Assembly: GCA_028707495.1 (NCBI GenBank)
Contig: JAQWAS010000006.1
Span: forward strand, 664 to 64,663
From: Patescibacteria group bacterium
GTDB lineage: Bacteria > Patescibacteriota > Patescibacteriia > UBA2591 > JAQWAS01
Reading direction: 5' to 3'
Length of the DNA: 64,000 nt
The notes below the pieces were generated by a model that saw only the letters and a program-made list of their open reading frames with translations, made no database searches and had not been told where the DNA came from. The number at the start of each line of letters is the position of its first letter. Within the stretch, counting starts at the first letter, position 1. The position numbers were made by a program, and so were the translations under genes. Positions 38,403-48,137 of the stretch are shown in pieces.

Positions 38403-40661
38403 TTATTTATCGTCTAGTTTTAAACTCACAATTTTAGAAATACCATCTTGGCTCATGGTTACACCATAAAGAATTTCGCCGATTTCCATAGTATAACGAT
38501 TGTGGGTAATAACAATAAACTGAGTTTTATGGGCTAAATCTTTTAAGATTTTAGCAAATTTATGAGAATTGTTTTCATCTAAGGCCGCGTCAACTTCGTC
38601 CAAAATTATAAAAGGTGGTGGATTAGATGAGATAATGGCGCAAATTAAAGCCAAAGAAGTTAAGGCTTTTTCTCCACCAGAGAGCATTTCAATATTTTTT
38701 AATTTTTTTCCTGGCGGAGTGGCGTGAATTTCGATTGATTTATAGCTGGTTTGATTGATGATTTTTAAGATTTTATCTAATGGAGTTTGCCTTTTACTAG
38801 TTTCGGAATCGAGTGTTTCGTCGGGTATATCTTGGCCGATTTGAAATTCAGGATCGAGTTCTTCATTTTCTTCTATAGTGGTCGTCTCTTCCTTTTTAAG
38901 AATTAATTCAGCTTTACCACCATCAAAAAAGCTAGTAAAAAATTTGTTAAACTCTTTATTAATAGTTTCAAATTTTTCTTCAAATTGATTTTTAATTTTT
39001 TGATTTAATTCTTTAATAATTTTTTCTAAAGATTGGATGGCCTGGTTAAGATCTTCAACTTGATGATTTAAAAAATCATAACGTTCTTTAATTAAAGTAT
39101 ATTCTTGAACGGTTTCTGGGTCGATACCACCAATAATTTCTAATTGGTGTTTTAATTTATAAATTTCACTTTTGATTTCTTCCGAGTTGGGTTGAGTTGT
39201 TGCTGGGCACTTTTTAATCTGATCAATATTTTTACCAACAAAATCTTGTTCAATTTCACGCATTAAATCTTCTTGTCTAACTTCAATGCGCGCCAAGTCT
39301 ATTTTAACTTCATTGAGCTGACTATTAAGTTCATTAAGTTCAAATTGTTTTTGTTGGAGTTCTTCTTGTTGTTTAAAAAGCTGTTGATTTTTAGTTTCTT
39401 GGGTTTTATTAAAATCACTAATTTCCTGTTGAACATTTTTTAAATTATCTTGATTGGTTTGCAAATCCTGACTAATTTTAGCTAGTTGCTCATTAATTTT
39501 TTTATTTAATTCTTTTTGAGCCGAATTGTCTCTGGTTGGCGAAAGCTGTTGACTTAAAATTTTAAGCTGTTGATTATTTTTAATTAAAACCTGTTGAAGA
39601 TTTTCTAAGCTTTGTTGGTTAATTTGGCTTAAAATTTTATCTTGAATTTCAATAATATTTTTTAAATCTTGAATAATTTTATTTAAAAGTTGAGGTGTTA
39701 GTTGGATCGAAATATTTTGAGTTGGAATTTGGATTAGCTGTGATTTTAATTCAAATTCTTTTTGGCGAAGCTGATTTTGTAAATCAATAATATGTTGATA
39801 TTTCTCTTGAAGCTGATCAAAAAGTTGTGAGCGTGTTGGTTTGATTTTAATTTGGTCAATCTTGTTTTTAGCCTGATTGAATTCAGTTTGAGCCTGATCG
39901 ATTTTTTGATTTAAATTATCAAAATTTATTTTCAACTTAGCTTGTTGTTGGTTAATTTGTTGCCACAAATGAGCATAGTAAGTTGTTTGGTAGCTTTCCA
40001 GCTCTTGTTCGATTTTTTCTCTTTTTTCCAAACGTTTAACCTGGCGAGTTAGGGAAGTTAATTGGGGAATAATTTCTTTTAAGGTTAATTGAGTTTGTTC
40101 TAAATTTTCTTGGACACTTTTTAATTTATTAATGGCTTTTTCTTGTTTAAATTGATATTGTTTTACACCAACAGCTTCGTTAAAATAATCACGTCTTTCT
40201 TGCGGGGTAGCTTTAATAATAGAATCTATTTCACCCTGGCTGATAATGCTGTAATTTTTTTGACCAAAACTTATTTTAGCTAATAAAAACAAAATATCCT
40301 GTAAACGTGATTTAGATTCATTAATTAAATATTCTCCCTCACCATTAAGATAAATACGTCGTGTAATTAATAAATTAGTATAATCAATAGCTTGGCGCTG
40401 AGGATTATCAATATCAATTGAAACTTCAGCCAAATTTTGGCGACTAGCCTTGTCGGAACCAGAAAAAATAATGTCAGTCGATTTTTTACCACGTAAATTT
40501 TTTAAACTTTGTTCGCCCAAGCCCCAGCGCAGAGCATCAACTAAATTAGATTTACCACTGCCATTTGGTCCGACAATACAAGTAACACCAGGTTTAAAAT
40601 CTAACCTGGTTTTATTAGCAAAAGATTTAAAGCCTTTAATTTCGAGTCTTTGTAGATACAT
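38403..40661 (-). CDS. smc: SMC-family chromosome segregation ATPase, unusually short (752 aa) with no recognisable hinge
   Basis: N-terminus KGFKSFANKTRLDFKPGVTCIVGPNGSGKSNLVDALRWGLGEQS (SMC Walker A), C-terminal LSGGEKALTSLALI...ILDEVDAALD (signature and Walker B), coiled-coil middle. The conserved rnc-smc order supports the call. Confidence 0.75.
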   Translation of the reverse strand: MYLQRLEIKGFKSFANKTRLDFKPGVTCIVGPNGSGKSNLVDALRWGLGEQSLKNLRGKKSTDIIFSGSDKASRQNLAEVSIDIDNPQRQAIDYTNLLITRRIYLNGEGEYLINESKSRLQDILFLLAKISFGQKNYSIISQGEIDSIIKATPQERRDYFNEAVGVKQYQFKQEKAINKLKSVQENLEQTQLTLKEIIPQLTSLTRQVKRLEKREKIEQELESYQTTYYAHLWQQINQQQAKLKINFDNLNQKIDQAQTEFNQAKNKIDQIKIKPTRSQLFDQLQEKYQHIIDLQNQLRQKEFELKSQLIQIPTQNISIQLTPQLLNKIIQDLKNIIEIQDKILSQINQQSLENLQQVLIKNNQQLKILSQQLSPTRDNSAQKELNKKINEQLAKISQDLQTNQDNLKNVQQEISDFNKTQETKNQQLFKQQEELQQKQFELNELNSQLNEVKIDLARIEVRQEDLMREIEQDFVGKNIDQIKKCPATTQPNSEEIKSEIYKLKHQLEIIGGIDPETVQEYTLIKERYDFLNHQVEDLNQAIQSLEKIIKELNQKIKNQFEEKFETINKEFNKFFTSFFDGGKAELILKKEETTTIEENEELDPEFQIGQDIPDETLDSETSKRQTPLDKILKIINQTSYKSIEIHATPPGKKLKNIEMLSGGEKALTSLALICAIISSNPPPFIILDEVDAALDENNSHKFAKILKDLAHKTQFIVITHNRYTMEIGEILYGVTMSQDGISKIVSLKLDDK

Positions 40662-40665
40662 GAAT

Positions 40666-41367
40666 TTAAATATAATTTTGCCAAGCTTGTTTCTTGAGCG
40701 CTTTTTCGGCAGCTTGAACTTCAGCTTCCTGTTTGCTTGAGCCGATAGCTTGAGCCATTAAAAAGTTTTTAAGATAAACACCCATTTCAAATTTTTTAGC
40801 GTGGTCTGGTCCGTGTTCTTGAATTATTTTATAGCTAGGGGTAATTTCAAATTTTTCTTGAGTGATTTCTTGTAGACGCGTTTTAGGATCAATGTAGAGT
40901 TTATTTTTTAAAATATAAGGCAATTCAATTAGAATATTTTTTTGGATAAATTGACTAACGATTTTAATTCCTTGGTCAAGATAGATGGCGCCGATTAAAG
41001 CTTCCATAGCATTGGCTAAAATAGATTCGCGGGCTTTGGAATTTTTATCTTTAGCCTCGCCCCTGCCCAATAATAAAAAATCATTAATTTTTAATTTATT
41101 AGCCACTTGAGCCAGCATTTTAGAATTAACTAAACTTGAACGCCAGTTGGTAAGATCACCCTCTGGATTATCATATTTTTTAAATAAAAATTCAGTTACA
41201 ATTAATTCCAAAACAGCATCGCCTAAAAATTCCAAGCGTTCATTGTGGTTAAGTTCGAAATTATTATTTTCATTTAAATAAGAACGGTGAGTTAGGGCTT
41301 GAATTAGTAGAAAGTCTTGTTTAAATTTAATATTTAATTGTTTTTCTAAAAGATTATATTTTTTCAT
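40666..41367 (-). CDS. rnc: Ribonuclease III
   Basis: [15 protein letters not shown] catalytic signature and C-terminal dsRBD, 233 aa. Confidence 0.9.
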   Translation of the reverse strand: MKKYNLLEKQLNIKFKQDFLLIQALTHRSYLNENNNFELNHNERLEFLGDAVLELIVTEFLFKKYDNPEGDLTNWRSSLVNSKMLAQVANKLKINDFLLLGRGEAKDKNSKARESILANAMEALIGAIYLDQGIKIVSQFIQKNILIELPYILKNKLYIDPKTRLQEITQEKFEITPSYKIIQEHGPDHAKKFEMGVYLKNFLMAQAIGSSKQEAEVQAAEKALKKQAWQNYI

Positions 41368-41797
41368 CTAGTTGAGGATTATTTTCTTGTAAATCACGGT
41401 AAATACTACCCAAAACACCGTTAACAAATTTACCCGAAGACGATCCACCAAAATTTTTTGCCAATTCAATAGCTTCATTAATAGCGACTTTGGGCGGAAT
41501 AGTCTTGTCGTACATTAATTCATAAATACCAATTCTTAAAACATTACGATCGATAATTGTAATTTGTTCTAATGGCCATTCGGGAGCATATTTAACAATT
41601 TGGGCATCTAATTCTTTTAGGTGTTCAATAATGCCTTGCAATAAATCAAGCGCGAAATTATTTTTTTCTTCAAGGGTCGGTGCAAATTCAGTTAAATCTT
41701 TTTTAAGTAAGTCAGTCGGGTTGCCTTGTTGATTATTAAAGTCCCACTCATAGAGAGATTGCATAACGACACTGCGAGATAAATGACGATGAGACAT
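41354..41797 (-). CDS. nusB: NusB-family antitermination factor
   Basis: 147 aa all-helical NusB-like sequence. Confidence 0.7.
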   Translation of the reverse strand: MSHRHLSRSVVMQSLYEWDFNNQQGNPTDLLKKDLTEFAPTLEEKNNFALDLLQGIIEHLKELDAQIVKYAPEWPLEQITIIDRNVLRIGIYELMYDKTIPPKVAINEAIELAKNFGGSSSGKFVNGVLGSIYRDLQENNPQLDEKI

Positions 41798-41839
41798 AGA
41801 TTTATTTTTTAAAAATTTAAATTAAAACAAAAAAGAAGA

Positions 41840-42094
41840 TTATTTCTTCTTTTTTGCGGGAGTATTTTTTTTATCTAAATTTTTAACTTCAGCTTTTTCG
41901 TTTTTGGAGAGCTTTTTTAATTTAATGTCCAGAATTTTTTTGTCGGCATAAGTGCCACAAAATTTACAAACATGATGTGGTTTAACTGGGTGTTGGCATT
42001 TAGGACACGAAGTTAATTTAGTTGGTTTGAGTTTTAAATGTTGAGCGCGTTGTTTACGTTGAGATGAAGTTTTCTTTTGTTTGGGTACAGACAT
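41840..42094 (-). CDS. rpmF: Ribosomal protein L32 with a Lys-rich C-terminal extension
   Basis: MSVPKQKKTSSQRKQRAQH...CPKCQHPVKPHHVCKFCGTY is the L32 signature. Start moved to MSVPKQ (42094). Confidence 0.75.
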   Translation of the reverse strand: MSVPKQKKTSSQRKQRAQHLKLKPTKLTSCPKCQHPVKPHHVCKFCGTYADKKILDIKLKKLSKNEKAEVKNLDKKNTPAKKKK

Positions 42095-42118
42095 ACTTAT
42101 AAATTTATTAATTATCAA

Positions 42119-42313
42119 ATTATTATAAATTATTTTTTATAAAATAGCAAGTGTGTAAAATTTAACAATAAATTAAAATGAATTTTTAAAAAATTTTATC
42201 CCCAGTTAATTCACACACTGTCCACCCTTAGGCATTTTGAAAATTTTTTATTTTGTGAGATAGTAGATGAATACATTAAATTATAAACAAAAATAAATTT
42301 TAATTTTAAAAAC
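42119..42313. promoter_or_regulatory. Candidate oriC / dnaA upstream region (AT-rich, with DnaA-box-like 9-mers)
   Basis: TTATCCCCA (42195-42203) has one mismatch to TTATCCACA, and tgtgtaaaa is a weaker site. Classic rpmF–dnaA context. Confidence 0.35.
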
Positions 42314-43684
42314 ATGACAAAAGAACAATTGTGGCAGGGGGTTTTAGGCGAACTCGAATTAAATTTAAGTAAAGCCAATTTTACAACCTGGTTTAAAAAT
42401 ACTTTTATTTTTTCTTGGGATGAAACTAAAGGAGAGATCGTGATCGCCGTGCCTAACGCGTTTACGCAGGCTTGGCTAGAAAAAAAATATCACAAAGATA
42501 TTAAAAAGGGTTTAACAAATGTTTCTAATCAAGACATTAAAAATGTAATTTATAAAATAGAGAATATTCGTCATTATAAAGAAATGAAAGAATTAGAAGG
42601 CCAGAAAATAGCGGAACCAACATTAATTGAGGATTCGGCTAGTAAAACTAGGTTGAATGCTTATGGTTTAAATCCTTATTATACTTTTGATAATTTTGTA
42701 GTTGGTAAAAATAATGAACTGGCTTATGCGGCTTGTAAGGCAGTAGCCGAAAAATCAGGCGAAAAATATAATCCATTATTTATTTATAGTGGCGTGGGTT
42801 TAGGTAAAACTCATTTATTACAAGCCATCGGTCATGCGATTTTAGAAAAAAACCCTAAAGCCAAAGTCCTTTATGTCAGTTGCGAAAAATTTACCAATGA
42901 TTATATTCGAGCCATTCACGACAAAACCATTGATAGCTTTAAAAAATATTATCGTACCGTGGATTTGCTGTTAGTCGATGATGTGCAGTTTATGGCCGGC
43001 AAAGAAGGCACTCAAGAAGAATTTTTTCACACCTTTAATGAATTACATCAAAAAAACAGACAAATTGTGATCACTTCAGATCGTTTACCTAAAACCATTC
43101 CGGCACTAGAAGAACGGTTAATTTCACGTTTTGAATGGGGATTAATTACTGATATTTCCAAACCAGATCTAGAAACTCGATTAGCAATTTTAAATTCAAA
43201 ATGTGAGGAGAAAAAATATAAACTCAGTGATGATATTTTAAAATTTTTAGCCTCAACTATTCAAACCAACGTTAGAGAATTGGAAGGGGCTTTAAATAAA
43301 GTCATTGCTTATCATAATCTTTACAATTTAGAACCAACCCTAGATTCAACTAAAAATATTTTGTCGAGTTTAAAAGCCAAGCCACAACGTGGTGCTTTAA
43401 CTCCTCGCCAGGTGATTAAAACCGTTTCTGATTTTTATGAAATTAAACCGAATGATTTATGTTCTAAAACACGTAAAAAGGAAGTGGCCATGCCAAGACA
43501 AATTGCAATGTATTTATTACGTGAAGAAGTGGGAACTTCTTATCCCAGTATTGGTCAAGAATTGGGCGGACGTGATCATACGACTGCCATTCATGCTTAT
43601 AATAAAATTAAGGAAGCTGTCGAAGAAGACGGTCGAGTTAAAGATGATATCGAAATGATAAAACAGAGACTTTATAATACTTAG
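42314..43684 (+). CDS. dnaA: Chromosomal replication initiator DnaA
   Basis: AAA+ Walker A (GVGLGKTHLL), Walker B (LLVDDVQF) and C-terminal DnaA-box-binding HTH, 456 aa. Confidence 0.9.
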   Translation: MTKEQLWQGVLGELELNLSKANFTTWFKNTFIFSWDETKGEIVIAVPNAFTQAWLEKKYHKDIKKGLTNVSNQDIKNVIYKIENIRHYKEMKELEGQKIAEPTLIEDSASKTRLNAYGLNPYYTFDNFVVGKNNELAYAACKAVAEKSGEKYNPLFIYSGVGLGKTHLLQAIGHAILEKNPKAKVLYVSCEKFTNDYIRAIHDKTIDSFKKYYRTVDLLLVDDVQFMAGKEGTQEEFFHTFNELHQKNRQIVITSDRLPKTIPALEERLISRFEWGLITDISKPDLETRLAILNSKCEEKKYKLSDDILKFLASTIQTNVRELEGALNKVIAYHNLYNLEPTLDSTKNILSSLKAKPQRGALTPRQVIKTVSDFYEIKPNDLCSKTRKKEVAMPRQIAMYLLREEVGTSYPSIGQELGGRDHTTAIHAYNKIKEAVEEDGRVKDDIEMIKQRLYNT

Positions 43685-43750
43685 GTCGTAGTTTTGAGAG
43701 ATTTATTAAAGAAAACCAAAGTTAAAATTCTAAAAGTATAAAAATAAAAA

Positions 43751-43780
43751 GCCCGTCTGCCGATTCGGCGGACGGGTTTT
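43751..43780 (+). terminator. Rho-independent terminator (gcccgtctgccgattcggcggacgggtttt)
   Basis: GC-rich stem followed by a T-tract after dnaA. Confidence 0.8.
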
Positions 43781-43871
43781 GGGATTGGGTTTAGATAAAT
43801 ATGTGTTTATGACTCAGTTTTCTAAATTAAACTTGTTCTAAAGCCAAAATTAGATTATAATAAAATCATCT

Positions 43872-44702
43872 ATGTATATCATTAAAGCTTCAGGCGAAAA
43901 AGAAAAATATCAGCCTCAAAAAATTGTGAGGACAATTTTACGTGCTGGTGCAAATAAAAATTTAGCTCGAGAAGTTATCCAAAAAATAGAACCTTTTGTG
44001 TATGAAGGTATGTCGACTAAAGAAATTTTAAAATTAGTGCGTAAATTTTTAAGCCAAAAAGAAAAAACGGTTGCAGCCAAGTATAATTTAAAAAAAGCGA
44101 TTATGCAACTTGGCCCCACTGGTTTTAATTTTGAAAAATTAGTTGAAAGAATTTTACAAAAAGAAGGTTATCAAACCTCGACGCCACTTGTCACACAGGG
44201 AAGATGCGCTCAACACGAAATAGATGTGATAGCTAAAAAAGAAAATTCAATTTATGATATTGAATGTAAATATCGCAATGCGCGTGGAATTTATGTTGGA
44301 TTACAAACAGCCTTATATGTTTGGGCACGTCATCAAGATTTGGTGGGGGGCTCTCAAAATAAAAAATGTCCTAAATTTACTCAACCTTGGTTATGGTGCA
44401 ATACGCGTTTTTCTAGTCAGGTTATTCAATATGGCGGTTGTGCTAAAATGAAGTTAACTGGTTGGGATTATCCAGCAAAAGAAAGTTTGCGTGATTTGTT
44501 AGAAAAAAACAAATTTTATCCCATTACGGTTTTAACTTCTTTATCACAAAAAGATAAGGCAAATTTATTTAAAAATAATATAATTTTAATTCAAGATTTG
44601 TTAAACCAAGATTTAAAAAAAATTCAAGTAAAAACAAAAATTGATTTAAATAAATTAAAAAATTGGATTGATCAATCTAAAAAAATATTAAATTTAAAAT
44701 AA
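43872..44702 (+). CDS. ATP-cone domain fused to a PD-(D/E)XK (Mrr/restriction-endonuclease-like) nuclease domain
   Basis: N-terminal YIIKASGEKEKYQPQKIVRTIL (ATP-cone-like). The central EIDVIA...YDIECKY matches the D-(x)n-E-x-K catalytic motif. Confidence 0.55.
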   Translation: MYIIKASGEKEKYQPQKIVRTILRAGANKNLAREVIQKIEPFVYEGMSTKEILKLVRKFLSQKEKTVAAKYNLKKAIMQLGPTGFNFEKLVERILQKEGYQTSTPLVTQGRCAQHEIDVIAKKENSIYDIECKYRNARGIYVGLQTALYVWARHQDLVGGSQNKKCPKFTQPWLWCNTRFSSQVIQYGGCAKMKLTGWDYPAKESLRDLLEKNKFYPITVLTSLSQKDKANLFKNNIILIQDLLNQDLKKIQVKTKIDLNKLKNWIDQSKKILNLK

Positions 44703-44720
44703 AAATAAAACATTTTAAAT

Positions 44721-46397
44721 ATGCCAACCCAAAATTTTTTTAAGGACGAAAGCCGAAAGAAAAATCAACAATTACACGAAAAACTAGGAGATATTAAAAT
44801 AAAAGAAAAAGAACGTGTAGTTCAAACGCAAGCAGTTATTTTAGGTATAAATTATATTAATTTAGTTGGTTTTGCTATTTCCGATGAAGCTTTAAGAATT
44901 CTCCCAAAAGATAAAGCCGAAACATTAAAAACTATTTGTTTTTTATTAGAAAATAAAGAATTGCGTTTGGCTACGGTTGATTCGACTAATGTGGCTGTTC
45001 AAGATTTGGCCCAAGAATTAAGTCGACAAGGTTATCATGTTGAAATTTATTTAACTTCGCAACATTCTTTCGACAAGGCTTTACAGTTATATGAGCGTTT
45101 GCCTAAAATTAAAGAAGTCACCGTGGGGGTAAAAATTAGCCAAAATGATTTTGAGTTATATAAGAATAAAATTAAAAAATTAAGTGATGTACAGGCTGAA
45201 ATTCAGGATGCTGACATTTCTAAAATTGTAACCGTAATTATTGCTGCCGCGGTCCAAGCTGAGGCCTCAGATATTCACGTTGAAGCTGAAGAAAAAGATA
45301 TTAAATTGCGTTATCGTATTGATGGTGTTTTACAAGATGTTGCAATTTTAGATAAAGAATTGTGGAAAAATTTAAATTCTAGAATTAAATTATTAGCCAA
45401 ACTGAAAATTAATATTATCGACCAACCTCAAGACGGTCGGTTTAGTATTTTTTTGCACGATCAGAAAATTGACGTCAGAGTTTCATGTTTGCCAACTAAT
45501 TTTGGTGAAAGCGTGGTGATGCGTTTATTGACGGGGACAGCCACTAGTGTAGAATTTGAAAGCTTAGGATTAATTGGTCAAGCCTTTGAACAATTATCAC
45601 AGGAAATTAAAAGACCCAACGGGATGATTTTAACCACTGGGCCAACTGGTTCGGGTAAAACAACAACCCTATACGCTATTTTGAAAAAAATTAAAAATTC
45701 ACAAACTAAAATTATTACTTTAGAAAATCCAATCGAATATCAGCTAGATGGTATTAGTCAAAGTAATGTAGATATAGATAAGGGTTACGGATTTGCTGAT
45801 GGTTTAAAATCAATTTTACGTCAAGATCCAGATGTGATTATGGTCGGAGAAATCAGAGATTATGACACGGTTGATACGGCTATTAACGCAGCCCTAACCG
45901 GCCATTTGGTTTTATCGACTTTGCACACTAATAGTGCTGCAGCAACTATTCCGCGTTTTTTATCGATGGGAGCTAAGCCATTTTTGTTGGCCCCATCTTT
46001 AAATGTTATCATTGCGCAACGTTTAGTTAGGCGAGTATGTGAAAAATGTAAACAAGAAATCCAACTATCAGAAGCTGATTTAGAAAAAATTAAAAAAATT
46101 TTACAATCCATACCAGAAGCTATGCGCCAGGGAATTGATTTAGAAAATTTAAAGTTTTATCATGGTCAAGGTTGTGAAAGTTGCCAAGGAATCGGTTATA
46201 AGGGTCGAATTGGTATTTATGAAGTTTTGACTATGAATGAAGAAATCGAAAAAATGGTTTTGAACGAAAAAGTATCAGAATATGATATTTTAAACATTGC
46301 ACAACAAAACGGTATGGTGACGATGGTGCAAGACGGCTTATTAAAAGCTTTACAGGGTGTTACTTCAGTAGAAGAAGTTTTCCGAGTAGCTGAATAA
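44721..46397 (+). CDS. GspE/PilB-family secretion/pilus assembly ATPase
   Basis: Walker A GPTGSGKTTTLYA, Asp box, Walker B and His box; C-terminal tetracysteine (CEKC...CESC), 558 aa. Confidence 0.85.
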   Translation: MPTQNFFKDESRKKNQQLHEKLGDIKIKEKERVVQTQAVILGINYINLVGFAISDEALRILPKDKAETLKTICFLLENKELRLATVDSTNVAVQDLAQELSRQGYHVEIYLTSQHSFDKALQLYERLPKIKEVTVGVKISQNDFELYKNKIKKLSDVQAEIQDADISKIVTVIIAAAVQAEASDIHVEAEEKDIKLRYRIDGVLQDVAILDKELWKNLNSRIKLLAKLKINIIDQPQDGRFSIFLHDQKIDVRVSCLPTNFGESVVMRLLTGTATSVEFESLGLIGQAFEQLSQEIKRPNGMILTTGPTGSGKTTTLYAILKKIKNSQTKIITLENPIEYQLDGISQSNVDIDKGYGFADGLKSILRQDPDVIMVGEIRDYDTVDTAINAALTGHLVLSTLHTNSAAATIPRFLSMGAKPFLLAPSLNVIIAQRLVRRVCEKCKQEIQLSEADLEKIKKILQSIPEAMRQGIDLENLKFYHGQGCESCQGIGYKGRIGIYEVLTMNEEIEKMVLNEKVSEYDILNIAQQNGMVTMVQDGLLKALQGVTSVEEVFRVAE

Positions 46398-46417
46398 AAA
46401 AGTCGCACACTGTGCGA

Positions 46418-46888
46418 CTAATGGAATAACTTAGTGATCCCTTTTAAGATCCGTGAAAATAAGTTTACACGTTTGATTGGAATAACTGGTTGATGGTTGA
46501 TTACGGCTTGTTCCTTCATTATTTCTTGTTTAACTTTTTTGTCTAACCATTCAAGACAAATGAAGATATTGTAAATAGGTAAGCCGTGAAGCTGTGATGG
46601 GTGTTTATTTTCGAGAATTTTGTAAAATTCGAGATTAGACCATTCTTTTTTATACTTTTCTACCCACGAGTTAACAGCCCGTCGAACATACAGAAGATCT
46701 TTCGGGTCTTTGGCTTGCCGTATTCTAGTTTGAATTTCTTGAGATCCTTGGAATAGAAATTGCCAAAGGGTTTCTCTGCCAAAGACTATCCAAATGTTGG
46801 CTAATCTAGCCATGGCTAAATCGAGAATTTTTGCCGACGATTCGTCTATATTAATCGTGCATAGAAATTCCGAATGAGAATCTGTCAT
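46418..46888 (-). CDS. Hypothetical 156 aa protein behind a long GC-rich structured leader
   Basis: Start set at MTDSH, preceded by GGGGGAAT + 4 nt + ATG. Promoter P5 lies about 180 nt upstream. Confidence 0.5.
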   Translation of the reverse strand: MTDSHSEFLCTINIDESSAKILDLAMARLANIWIVFGRETLWQFLFQGSQEIQTRIRQAKDPKDLLYVRRAVNSWVEKYKKEWSNLEFYKILENKHPSQLHGLPIYNIFICLEWLDKKVKQEIMKEQAVINHQPVIPIKRVNLFSRILKGITKLFH

Positions 46889-47067
46889 TTTATTCCCCCT
46901 TAGTAAAATGTGCAAAAAATTTTCCCTGCATGGGCCTGCACTCAAGAGAATTTTTGTTAGGAGAAGTCGAGGTATAAACCCAGAGGAACCCTGACAAAAA
47001 CCCCCATGCTTGTCGTGAGTGCAGACTTATACAGGGAAAATGAAATTAATTTATTAACTTACTTTAT

Positions 47068-47096
47068 ATCCTAGCATAAATAAAAAATCTTGTCAA
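47068..47096 (-). promoter_or_regulatory. Promoter P5 of the six-copy family (TTGACAAGATTTTTTATTTATGCTAGGAT, minus strand)
   Basis: Reverse complement of 47068-47096; -35 TTGACA, 17-nt spacer, -10 TAGGAT. Confidence 0.65.
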
Positions 47097-47121
47097 GGGT
47101 ATAACTCTCTTTTTTATACAC

Positions 47122-48135
47122 ATGGATAAACTTAACAAAAAAACTCCTGTAACCGATCAAGACGATGCAATTTTAGATGCGACTTTGAGACCACAAAAAT
47201 TGGTAGAATTTATTGGTCAAAATAAAATTAAAAACAGCTTAGGAATTTTTTTGCAAGCTGCCAAGGCACGACATGAAGCAATTGATCATATTTTAATTCA
47301 TGGCGGACCAGGTTTAGGTAAAACGACTTTGGCTAACATTATAGCCAAAGAAATGGGTGTTAATATTAAGTCTATTGCCGGACCAGCCATAGAAAAAACT
47401 GGTGACGTGGCTGCTTTATTAACTAATCTAGAAGAAGGCGATGTTTTATTTATTGATGAGATTCATCGTTTACCCAAGGTAGTGGAAGAAATTTTATATC
47501 CCGCCATGGAAGAATATTTTTTAGATATTGTTTTAGGTAAAGGGCCCAGTGCACAAACCTTAAAATTAGATTTACCCAAGTTTACACTAGTTGGAGCAAC
47601 AACGCGGGCGAGTTTATTGTCTTCGCCATTACGTGATCGTTTTGGTATTGTTTATCATTTAGATTTTTATCAAGAGCCTGAGGTGCAAGATATTATTAAG
47701 CGTTCAGCTAAAATTTTCAATGTAGATTTAGATGTACCAGCTGCCGAAGAAATTGCTCGACGCTCTAGACGGACGCCTAGAATTGCTAACCGTTTATTAA
47801 AACGCGTGCGAGACTATGCTCAAGTGAAAGCCGATGGTAAAATTAATCATGATTTGGCGCGTCGAGCTTTAGCCATGATGGAAATAGATGAATATGGCTT
47901 AGATGAAGTCGATCGTCAAATTTTACAAACTTTGATTGAAAAGTTTCAAGGTGGTCCGGTGGGTTTAAAAACTTTAGCCACAGCTACACATCAGGACGTA
48001 GAAACACTAGAAACCATGTATGAACCATTTTTAATTCAACTTGGTTTTTTAAATCGCACTAGTCGTGGTCGATTAGCGACGGGATTAGCTTATCAACATT
48101 TGGGTTATCAACAACCGGCTCAACTAAATTTATAA
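47122..48135 (+). CDS. ruvB: Holliday junction DNA helicase RuvB
   Basis: AAA+ [11 protein letters not shown], sensor motifs and winged-helix C-terminus, 337 aa. Confidence 0.9.
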   Translation: MDKLNKKTPVTDQDDAILDATLRPQKLVEFIGQNKIKNSLGIFLQAAKARHEAIDHILIHGGPGLGKTTLANIIAKEMGVNIKSIAGPAIEKTGDVAALLTNLEEGDVLFIDEIHRLPKVVEEILYPAMEEYFLDIVLGKGPSAQTLKLDLPKFTLVGATTRASLLSSPLRDRFGIVYHLDFYQEPEVQDIIKRSAKIFNVDLDVPAAEEIARRSRRTPRIANRLLKRVRDYAQVKADGKINHDLARRALAMMEIDEYGLDEVDRQILQTLIEKFQGGPVGLKTLATATHQDVETLETMYEPFLIQLGFLNRTSRGRLATGLAYQHLGYQQPAQLNL

Positions 48136-48137
48136 AT

